Positions 54,592 to 62,182 of a stretch of 64,000 nucleotides of DNA are shown in pieces (the stretch's first letter is position 1; every line of letters begins with the position of its first letter). Location: positions 19,044-83,043 of the forward strand of contig WGLX01000015.1 of the NCBI GenBank assembly GCA_016125355.1, written 5' to 3'. The notes beneath the pieces are model-generated. The model did not search any database. It worked only from the letters and a program-made list of their open reading frames with translations, and was not told the origin of the DNA. This DNA is from Actinomycetales bacterium (lineage in GTDB: Bacteria > Actinomycetota > Actinomycetes > S36-B12). A program made the translations under genes and the position numbers.

Positions 54592-55811
54592 GCACGCAGC
54601 GTTGGTGGGCCGACAGGCGCGCCTGGGCGCTGCTCGTCGTTGTGCTTGCGATCTCCCTGGCGGAAGTGCTGCTCCCCGACGTTCCGCTGACGGCGTTCCT
54701 CGTTATCCCGGTGGTCGGCTCCGCAGTCCTCGGCAGTCCTTGGCTCACGGCCGTCCTGGCCGGCCTGGTCCTCCTCGGCTCGATACCGCTCCAAGTCTTC
54801 GAGGACTATCCCACCGACGACATCATCCGACGGCAGATCCTCGTCCTGCTGGCCAGCGTGATCGCCATCTGGCTGGCGGCCTATGTGCAGCGCTCCCAGC
54901 ACCAGCGCGACGAGGCCTTTGCTCTGGCACGTGCGAGTGAGGAGCGGTTCCGGCTGGTGGCGGAGAACTCCGCGGACATCGTCGTGGTCGTCAAGGACGG
55001 GCGCGTGGACTGGATCTCGCCTGCCGTGGAGGGAGCATTCGGGGCACCTCCGGACGAGTGGATCGGGCGACCGGCGACTGAGATCGTGCTGCCGGAGTTC
55101 CACGACCTGCTCATGGAGATCACCGCTGACGCCTTGCACGGTGCCAGCCGAGTCGGTCGGGCTCGGGCGCGCTCGCCCCGCGGCGCGGTCCACTGGGTGG
55201 AGGCGAACGTCGGCCCCTATCGGGATGCCTCCGGCATCGTCGGCGCCACGGCCTCGATGCGCGTGATCGACGACGTGATCAAGACCGAGTCCGAACTCGA
55301 CCGTCGCGCACGGTTCGACGAACTGACCGGCGTGCCGAACCGGCATGAGGCGCTGATTCAGCTCGCGCACCTCGACGACTCGCGCCGACGCCCGGGCGAG
55401 GGCTCCGCGGTCCTGTTCATCGACCTCGACGACTTCAAGGATGTCAATGACATCCACGGCCACGCGGCCGGCGACACCGTCCTGCGCACCGTTGCTGCTC
55501 GGATCGGCGAGGTCATCCGAGGCGGGGATCTGGTGGCGCGCATGGGCGGGGACGAGCTGCTCGTCGTGCTCAAGGACATGCACAGCCTGGAGGACGCCGG
55601 TGAGATCGCCGAGAAGCTGCGTCGCTCGGTCCGGGAGCCCATCGCCCTCCCCACCGGTCAGGTCACCTCGACAGTGAGCATCGGCGTGGTGTGGCACGAG
55701 CCGGGGGAGTCGGTGGACGAGGTGCTCGCCCGCGCCGATGCGGCCATGTACGAGGCCAAGCGCTCCGGCCGTGACCAGGTCGTCGTGCTCGGGAATACTG
55801 CGGGCACCTAG
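54588..55811 (+). CDS. Membrane-anchored PAS-GGDEF diguanylate cyclase
   Basis: 407 aa. N-terminal TM helices and a PAS domain (ERFRLVAENSADIVVVV). GGDEF domain with motif GGDEL and an I-site-like RGGD five residues upstream. ATGA overlap with the kinase gene. Confidence 0.85.
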   Translation: MSTQRWWADRRAWALLVVVLAISLAEVLLPDVPLTAFLVIPVVGSAVLGSPWLTAVLAGLVLLGSIPLQVFEDYPTDDIIRRQILVLLASVIAIWLAAYVQRSQHQRDEAFALARASEERFRLVAENSADIVVVVKDGRVDWISPAVEGAFGAPPDEWIGRPATEIVLPEFHDLLMEITADALHGASRVGRARARSPRGAVHWVEANVGPYRDASGIVGATASMRVIDDVIKTESELDRRARFDELTGVPNRHEALIQLAHLDDSRRRPGEGSAVLFIDLDDFKDVNDIHGHAAGDTVLRTVAARIGEVIRGGDLVARMGGDELLVVLKDMHSLEDAGEIAEKLRRSVREPIALPTGQVTSTVSIGVVWHEPGESVDEVLARADAAMYEAKRSGRDQVVVLGNTAGT

Positions 55812-55863
55812 CGGTACGCGGGCGTCGCATCCTCACCGGGATGCGCTCTCTCAGGGAGGTTCC

Positions 55864-56055
55864 ATGTTCGGCATCGGCGGCTTCAGCGGAGGCAGCAAGG
55901 GTGGTCCGTTCTACGAGATCGAGGTCAACGAGGGCTCGGTGAACATGAAGAAGTTCACCTCGGTCGCGAATGAGCGCCACGAGAACGGCTATCGCATGGC
56001 CCACGTGTACAGCCAGGAGGGCAACACGATCGTGGTGTGGGAGCGCTCCGGGTGA
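55864..56055 (+). CDS. Small hypothetical protein (possibly DUF4177-like)
   Basis: 63 aa. A strong GGGAGG RBS lies 5 nt before the ATG. Gly-rich N-terminus, then FTSVANERHENGYRMAHVYSQEGNTIVVWER. Confidence 0.45.
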   Translation: MFGIGGFSGGSKGGPFYEIEVNEGSVNMKKFTSVANERHENGYRMAHVYSQEGNTIVVWERSG

Positions 56056-56933
56056 CGATGGACGTGCGCGTCGCCACGCGGGACGAGCTCGCGACCTTCG
56101 CCGCGTGGGCGGATGCGGAGGGCTGGCTCCCGGGGCGTGACGATCTCGACCCGTTCCATGCGGCGGACCCGCAGGGATTCCATGTCGCGCTCGAGGACGG
56201 CCGGATAGTGGCGACGATCAGCGTGGTCCGCTACGAGCCGGCCTATGCCTTCCTCGGCTTCTACATCGTCGCGCCCGACCGGCGCGGGGAGGGCCTGGGT
56301 CATCGGATCTGGGCCGCAGGCATGGACACTGCTCGGGATCGCGTGGTCGGCCTGGACGGCGTCGCCGAGCAGGTGCCGTCCTACGAGGAATGCGGCTTCG
56401 CCTTCTCGCACTGGACTCCCCGCTACCAGGGACCGTGCGCCGACCTCGTCCACGGCCTGGGCACCGAGGGCAGCGTCGTGGTTCAGCCGATTCACGCGTC
56501 AGATGCTTTGCCGGACGTGGCGGAGGCGATCGAGGAGTTCGACGGCCTGCACGTGCCGGCACGTCGCACGGCCTTCCTGCGCTCCTGGCTTGATCCACGA
56601 TCGAGCCGCGTGACTCTGGCGGCGTCTGTCGAGGGCTCTTTGGCGGGCTACGCGACCGTTCGGCCGAGCATCTCGGGGGCGGCCCGTATCGGGCCCCTGT
56701 TCGCCGTGGGCGACGCCGTGGCGCGGGCGCTGCTCGCCGAGTGCGCCCGCGTCGCGTCCGGGTGGACGGACCAGGTGTGCATCGACGTGCCGGAGCGCAA
56801 CGAGTCGGCGGCGCAGCTCGTCACGGGCCACGGCATGGCTCCTGCGTTCGCGTGCGCGCGCATGTACCGCGGCCCGGCGCCCGAGCTGCCGTACGAACGC
56901 ATCTACGGCAGCACCACCTACGAGCTCGGCTGA
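56052..56933 (+). CDS. GNAT-family N-acetyltransferase (two-domain)
   Basis: About 293 aa. The GTG overlaps the upstream stop (GTGA). Acetyl-CoA motif VAPDRRGEGLGHRIW. Confidence 0.7.
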   Translation: MTMDVRVATRDELATFAAWADAEGWLPGRDDLDPFHAADPQGFHVALEDGRIVATISVVRYEPAYAFLGFYIVAPDRRGEGLGHRIWAAGMDTARDRVVGLDGVAEQVPSYEECGFAFSHWTPRYQGPCADLVHGLGTEGSVVVQPIHASDALPDVAEAIEEFDGLHVPARRTAFLRSWLDPRSSRVTLAASVEGSLAGYATVRPSISGAARIGPLFAVGDAVARALLAECARVASGWTDQVCIDVPERNESAAQLVTGHGMAPAFACARMYRGPAPELPYERIYGSTTYELG

Positions 56934-57047
56934 TGCGCCTCACGGCTTGCTTCCTGAGCCTGGGCTGAGGGCCGCGCGTCGCACGGACGGGGGCAGGCTC
57001 GCGCGGAGGTAGTCTCGCGAGGCCGGAAGGCCTTCCCCCTCGTTGGA

Positions 57048-57749
57048 GTGCTGATGCTGCTTGCGCTGGACCTGACTCGGTTCCGCCGTCTGGAGACGGC
57101 GCGGTCGCTCGCACCGATGGCTGTGCTGGCGGCCGCCGGCACGGTGCTTTTCGTTTGGCTGTGCGACGCCGTGGGTGAGCGCGACGGCATCACGGCCATC
57201 GATGGGCCCACGTCGGCGTGGATCGCGGCGCATCGGTCCATCACCGAGGGTCACATCGGGCTGCTCATCGCCCGGTTGACGAGTCCGGTCGTCCTCGTCG
57301 CGGTCGTCGCGCTCATCTCGGCGGCCCTGTGGCTGACACGACACCGGTTCGAGGCGGTCGCCCTGGCGATCACCGTCGTTGCCGCCTACGGCATCGGGGG
57401 TCTCGCCAAGATCGCCGAGCACCGCCCGCGGCCGGTGGCGCCGGTGAACCTGGCTCCTGAGGCTGAGGGGTCGTTCCCGTCCGGTCACGTCCTCATCGTG
57501 GCGACGATCGCGATCGTGCTCGTGGTCCTCGCCTGGAGTCACCTGTCCGCCTCCGCCCGCGCCCTGGCCGTCGCCGTGGCGGTAGTCGCCACGACCGTGA
57601 TGGCGGCCGACCGGCTCCTGGTGGGTGCGCACTGGCTCACCGACGTCGTCGCCTCGGTTGCTGTCGCGCTCGTGCTCGGGGCTGTCGTGATGGCAGTGAC
57701 GCAGGTTCGCCGGCAGGCTCTCGCCGTCGGGAGCCCACGGTGGCAGTAG
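57048..57749 (+). CDS. PAP2-family phosphatase (membrane)
   Basis: 233 aa. KxxxxxxRP (KIAEHRPRP), SFPSGHV and AHWLTDVV motifs. Confidence 0.75.
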   Translation: MLMLLALDLTRFRRLETARSLAPMAVLAAAGTVLFVWLCDAVGERDGITAIDGPTSAWIAAHRSITEGHIGLLIARLTSPVVLVAVVALISAALWLTRHRFEAVALAITVVAAYGIGGLAKIAEHRPRPVAPVNLAPEAEGSFPSGHVLIVATIAIVLVVLAWSHLSASARALAVAVAVVATTVMAADRLLVGAHWLTDVVASVAVALVLGAVVMAVTQVRRQALAVGSPRWQ

Positions 57750-57758
57750 CCTCCGAGC

Positions 57759-58136
57759 GTGCCCTTCGAGATCGTGACCGCTCCCGGCGACGTCGTCGAG
57801 CTTCGCGCCTCGGGCACGCTTACCGCGAAGGACTTCGAGGCCATCAGCGACGGCCTGCTCGGCGTCGCCCATGAGTGGTGCCGGGTGCTCTATGACGCTG
57901 CGGATGTGACGGAGGCTCCGGCCGCCCTCACGTTGTACCTACGCTCACGCTGGCGGCGCGAGATGCCCCCTCATGTGCGGCAGGCCCTCGTGGTCGGGCC
58001 GGGAGCGGCGGCCGTGGCACGCACGTGGACCCGTGCCGCGCGCGAGGGATCCGCTGGCGTGCAGGCCTTCCCCACCCGGGAGCAGGCACTGGAATGGCTC
58101 CGCGCCGAGTACCAGGCGACAACCGGCGGCAGCTGA
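57759..58136 (+). CDS. Hypothetical protein, possibly STAS/SpoIIAA-like
   Basis: 125 aa, GTG start 9 nt after the PAP2 stop. The weak resemblance to STAS-type small domains is from pattern only. Confidence 0.4.
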   Translation: MPFEIVTAPGDVVELRASGTLTAKDFEAISDGLLGVAHEWCRVLYDAADVTEAPAALTLYLRSRWRREMPPHVRQALVVGPGAAAVARTWTRAAREGSAGVQAFPTREQALEWLRAEYQATTGGS

Positions 58137-58139
58137 TCG

Positions 58140-58952
58140 ATGGAACGCGAGCAACGGATGACACGACTGGTGTGCGTGGGGGACTCCTTCACCGAGGGGA
58201 TGTGCGATGACGCGCGCCCGGACGGCCAGTACAGGGGTTGGTCCGACCGGGTGGCTGGTGGTCTCGCCCTTGCCGCCGCACGGGGTGAGAGTGTGGAGTA
58301 CGCGAACCTCGCCGTCCGTGGCAAGCTGCTGGACCAGGTGGTCGCCGAGCAGCTCGAGCCGGCGGTGGCGATGGCGCCGACCATTCTCACCTTCCACGCC
58401 GGGCCGAATGACGTCCTGCGCCGGGGCACCGACTTCGACGACCTGGCGCGGCGCTATCGCGATGCAGCGGATCGCATCAGCGGACAGGGCGCGCAGGTGG
58501 TGCTGTTCACCGCCATCGGAAGGGCTGGCGGAACGGGTCGTCTGGCGGAGGCGCTGGCCGACCGCTTCCGGCGGTTCAACGAGGTCGTCCGCGAGACTGC
58601 GGGGGAGCACGACGCACTCGTGGTGGACCTGGAGCCCGTGGTCGCGCTCACCGACCGGCGCCTCTGGAACGAGGACCGCCTCCACCTGAATGCCGATGGG
58701 CACCGACGCGTCGCAGCCGCCGTCCTCGAGCGACTCGGGGTGACGGACGAGGTCGCACTCGGAGGGCCTGCTGGGTGGTGGCGGGAGTCGCTGCCCACCG
58801 CGCCCCCGACGGACCGCACGGCGGCGCTGGCCGCCGATCTCCGGTGGATCCGCCGGCATCTCGTGCCCTGGGTCGGTCGCCGCCTGCGCGGAGTGTCGAG
58901 CGGTGACGGCCGTCGACCCAAGGATCCGCTGCCACGCGTGGTTCGCCCCTAG
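58140..58952 (+). CDS. SGNH/GDSL hydrolase-family protein (cytoplasmic type)
   Basis: 270 aa. LVCVGDSFTEG, HAGPNDV and NEDRLHLNADGH blocks. Confidence 0.75.
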   Translation: MEREQRMTRLVCVGDSFTEGMCDDARPDGQYRGWSDRVAGGLALAAARGESVEYANLAVRGKLLDQVVAEQLEPAVAMAPTILTFHAGPNDVLRRGTDFDDLARRYRDAADRISGQGAQVVLFTAIGRAGGTGRLAEALADRFRRFNEVVRETAGEHDALVVDLEPVVALTDRRLWNEDRLHLNADGHRRVAAAVLERLGVTDEVALGGPAGWWRESLPTAPPTDRTAALAADLRWIRRHLVPWVGRRLRGVSSGDGRRPKDPLPRVVRP

Positions 58953-59011
58953 CGACGTTGCTGGCTGCCGCGATTTTCCTTGATTTGCAAGGGTTTTCTT
59001 GGGATTGGGGG

Positions 59012-59041
59012 TTGCGTTCTTCGGCGCCGTGCGACTAGAAT
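59012..59041 (+). promoter_or_regulatory. Promoter candidate of the HNH gene
   Basis: TTGCGT-18 nt-TAGAAT. The -10 element ends 7 nt before the ATG, implying a leaderless or near-leaderless mRNA. Confidence 0.5.
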
Positions 59042-59056
59042 CGAACACATGTTCGA
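59041..59056. promoter_or_regulatory. LexA operator (SOS box) overlapping the -10 element and start codon of the HNH gene
   Basis: TCGAACACATGTTCGA is a perfect consensus match. Its first T is the last base of TAGAAT. The ATG at 59049-59051 straddles the spacer and the right half-site. Confidence 0.85.
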
Positions 59057-60533
59057 ACTCCCCGAAGACCTCCTCGCCGACTGGCCGCCGCCGGTCGCGG
59101 AGGCTCCGGCGTGGCTGGACGAGGAGCTCGACGACCTGCCGGAGTGGACCGTTGCGGACGCCCTCGCCGACGCGGTGGCTCGGCCGGCCGGTGTGGGTCA
59201 GCTGGCGAACCTGCTGCAGGTCGACCCGGCCGGGTTGTCGGCGGATGAGGCGGTGACGTTCGCCCAGCAGGTGGACCGGTTCGTCGCGTACGCCGCCGGG
59301 TTCCAGACGAAGGCGCGTGCGGAGGTTGCGGAGCGGCTGGTCGCGCACTTCGAGACCGAGAAGGCTGCTCGCGCGGATTCGGCGTCCGGGTTCGTCACGG
59401 CGGAGATGCTCGCCTCGGCCGAGCTCGCGGCGGCTTTGCGCGTCTCGCCGCGGGCGATGGATGTCCGGCTGGAGCATGCCGCGGACCTGGCCGGGCCGAT
59501 GCGGCCCCTGCGCGATGCGCTGGAGGCGGGGTCGCTGTCGGCGGGGCACGTGTCCGCGATCGCGCGGGAGCTGACGCGTCTCCTGCTGGCCGGCGATAGG
59601 GACCGGGCCGAGGAGTACGCGGCGCAGTGTGCGCGGATCCTCCAGGTGGTGATCCCCTACGCCCAGGCGCATACGGCCCGTCAGTCGGCACGGAAGACGA
59701 AGTCACTGGTGCTGGCGGTGGATCCGCGGGGTGCGGATGAGCGGCGTCGGGATGCGGCGGAGCGGGAGCACGGGGTGTGGCTGACGCTGACCGAGAACGG
59801 CTCGTGCGAGATCACCGCCGTCATGCCCCTGAGCCACGGGGTCGCGGTGATGGACGCCATCACCACCCTGGCGAAGGATTCACGCTTCGAGACGGCGGAC
59901 GGCTGCATCACCACCGGGCAGCGGAAGGTCGCCGCCATGGTGACGTTGATGCTCGGCGACCCGGGCAGCGTCGCCACGATCACCGGACCGGTGTCCGAGG
60001 CGAAGATCCGGGCCTCGGTCAGCGTCCTCGTTCCCGTCGCCACGCTGACCAACACCGACCCGGCCGCTTCGGGCGGGTCGATCGCGGGGGAGCCGGTCAC
60101 CGCGGACACCATCCGCGACCTGCTGATCGACGCGGACCCGTCCTCCACCCTGCGCAGGATCGTCACCGACGCCGCGGGCTGCATCGTCGACGCCGGACGG
60201 GCCCGGTACGCGATCTCCGACCTCCAGCGCCACCTGATCACGCTGCGGGACGGGACCTGCCGGTTCCCCGGCTGCACCCGACCGGCCGAGACCTGCGAGA
60301 TCGACCACGCCCGGCCCTACGACAACGGCGGACGCACCGACCTCGAGAACCTCGGACCGCTGTGCAAGCACCATCACCAGCTGAAGACCCACGGCGGCTG
60401 GCACATCACCACCAGCCGACGATCGGGTGCCTGCACCTGGCGATCCCCCCTCGGCCGCATCTACCACCACGAACCACCCGACGTGCCGGCTCCTGACGCG
60501 ACGACACCCGGCACGTCTCCGCCGCCGTTCTAG
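59049..60533 (+). CDS. DUF222-domain HNH endonuclease (REP13E12-like)
   Basis: 494 aa. Long helical DUF222-like N-terminal region. C-terminal HNH CEIDHARPYDNGGRTDLENLGPLCKHHHQLKTHGGW. Confidence 0.85.
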   Translation: MFELPEDLLADWPPPVAEAPAWLDEELDDLPEWTVADALADAVARPAGVGQLANLLQVDPAGLSADEAVTFAQQVDRFVAYAAGFQTKARAEVAERLVAHFETEKAARADSASGFVTAEMLASAELAAALRVSPRAMDVRLEHAADLAGPMRPLRDALEAGSLSAGHVSAIARELTRLLLAGDRDRAEEYAAQCARILQVVIPYAQAHTARQSARKTKSLVLAVDPRGADERRRDAAEREHGVWLTLTENGSCEITAVMPLSHGVAVMDAITTLAKDSRFETADGCITTGQRKVAAMVTLMLGDPGSVATITGPVSEAKIRASVSVLVPVATLTNTDPAASGGSIAGEPVTADTIRDLLIDADPSSTLRRIVTDAAGCIVDAGRARYAISDLQRHLITLRDGTCRFPGCTRPAETCEIDHARPYDNGGRTDLENLGPLCKHHHQLKTHGGWHITTSRRSGACTWRSPLGRIYHHEPPDVPAPDATTPGTSPPPF

Positions 60534-62182
60534 CGACCCAGCGCCTCGACGACCGCCCGCGCCAGCCCCGACGGTGACGGGTCCACCGCGACCCCAGCGA
60601 CCATCAGTCCCGCCTCCTCGGCGGCACTCGCGGTGGTGCGACCCGCGCATACGACGGGCAGATCCATCGGGACCCGGGCGTAGCCGACGAGTGCGCGGAC
60701 CGCACTGGGGGAGCGGACCACCACAGCGGCCACGTCACTGGACTCCACGAGAGCGGCGCTTCCCGGCCGGTACGGGACCGCGGTCGTCTCGTAGACCTCG
60801 GCCTCCGCCAGCCTCCAGCCCGCGGAGACGAGCGCATCCGGAAGCACGCGCAGGGCCTGGTTCCCGCGGGGGAAGATCGCGCGGCCGGCCGGCACGTCGG
60901 CCAGGGCCGCGGCCAGGCCCGCCGCGGAGGGCTCCTCGGGGGTCAGGACGTCCAGGAAGCCCAGGTCGCGCAGAGTCTGGGCGGTGCGATCACCGGTCGC
61001 CGCCGCGCGGACCCCGGCCGCGACCGCCTCGCGCACGGCGGACCCCAGATCGGCGACGGCCGCCGACTGCCAGCCCGGTGCCGCCATGGGAGAGGTCGCC
61101 ACCACCCACGTCTGCGCCGCTTCGTCCGGGTCGGCGACGGCACGACGGAGGGCGTCCACCAATGCCCGACCACCGGCCGGATCCGACGACGGCGTGGTGC
61201 GCACATACGGGTCGCTGATACTGGCGACGCCGGCCTCGGCCAGGGCGCGCGCATCGACGGCGTTCCTCTCACCGCGAACCAGGAGGACCGGCCGGCCGTC
61301 TGGGGCGACGAGGGCGGCGGCGGCCCGCTGCCCGAGCTCCCGAGCGGCGGCCAGGTCGTCGAGTCGGGCATCAGCCTGCAGCTCGACGCGCTGGTTGCCC
61401 CGGTCGTCGGTCAGCTCAGCGGTCAGGGACAAAGTGTCGTCCGCCCAGGTGGCGAGCGCGGCGATCGCCGTCGTGCACTCGGCGTTGATGCCGACGAGCA
61501 CCTCGCGCTCGGCCATGGTGGTCAGGCGCGAGTGCGGATCGTCGAGCTGGGTGAGCAGGTCGAGCATCTCCCGGTCGGTGGCCCGGCACTCCACCGCCAG
61601 GGCTCCCTGGGCCGGTGCCGGCAGGAGCGGAAGCACCTCGGTGATCTCGTCCGCGCGCCCGATCCGGGTCAGGCCCGCGACAGCCAGGACGGTGGCGTCG
61701 ACCTCGCCGTCGCGGGCCTTGCGGATGCGGGTGTCCACGTTGCCGCGGATCGGCACGACGGCCAGGTCGGGCCGCAGCCGGAGCAGCGCCGCGCTGCGGC
61801 GCGGTGAGCTGGTGCCGACCACGGAGCCGGCCGGCAGGTCGGCAAGGGCGACGTCGTTCTGCGACACCAAGGCGTCGCGCGGGTCCTCGCGTGAGGGCAC
61901 CGCGGCGAGGACGAGCCCGGGCTCGGGGGCACTCGGGAGGTCCTTGAAGGAGTGCACGATGACGTCGACGTCGCCGGCCAGCAGGGCCTTCCGGAGCGTC
62001 GACACGAACAGGCCGGGACTGCCGGGCTGGTCGAGAGGCTTGCTCGTGTCGTCCCCGGGGGTGGTCACGAGCACCTCGGTCCAGGGCCGTCCGGCGAGTG
62101 CGGCCAGGGCGTCGCCCACGGTCGCCGACTGCGTGCGGGCGAGGACGCTCGCCCGCGTGCCGAGCCGGATGGGATCAGTCAC
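60530..62182 (-). CDS. hemC: Fused hydroxymethylbilane synthase / uroporphyrinogen-III synthase
   Basis: 550 aa from a GTG that overlaps the hemA 3' end by 8 nt. The N-terminal ~300 aa are HemC (IRLGTRASVLARTQ, HSFKDLP, GTSSPRR, cofactor Cys in NAECTTAIAA). The C-terminal ~240 aa are HemD-like. Confidence 0.8.
   Translation of the reverse strand: MTDPIRLGTRASVLARTQSATVGDALAALAGRPWTEVLVTTPGDDTSKPLDQPGSPGLFVSTLRKALLAGDVDVIVHSFKDLPSAPEPGLVLAAVPSREDPRDALVSQNDVALADLPAGSVVGTSSPRRSAALLRLRPDLAVVPIRGNVDTRIRKARDGEVDATVLAVAGLTRIGRADEITEVLPLLPAPAQGALAVECRATDREMLDLLTQLDDPHSRLTTMAEREVLVGINAECTTAIAALATWADDTLSLTAELTDDRGNQRVELQADARLDDLAAARELGQRAAAALVAPDGRPVLLVRGERNAVDARALAEAGVASISDPYVRTTPSSDPAGGRALVDALRRAVADPDEAAQTWVVATSPMAAPGWQSAAVADLGSAVREAVAAGVRAAATGDRTAQTLRDLGFLDVLTPEEPSAAGLAAALADVPAGRAIFPRGNQALRVLPDALVSAGWRLAEAEVYETTAVPYRPGSAALVESSDVAAVVVRSPSAVRALVGYARVPMDLPVVCAGRTTASAAEEAGLMVAGVAVDPSPSGLARAVVEALGR

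Noticed and set aside
55540-55560. The GGDEL motif as evidence that the diguanylate cyclase is degenerate or inactive.
   Set aside because: Only the last residue of the motif differs. The metal and substrate residues (GGDE) and an RxxD I-site are present. Activity cannot be judged from sequence alone.
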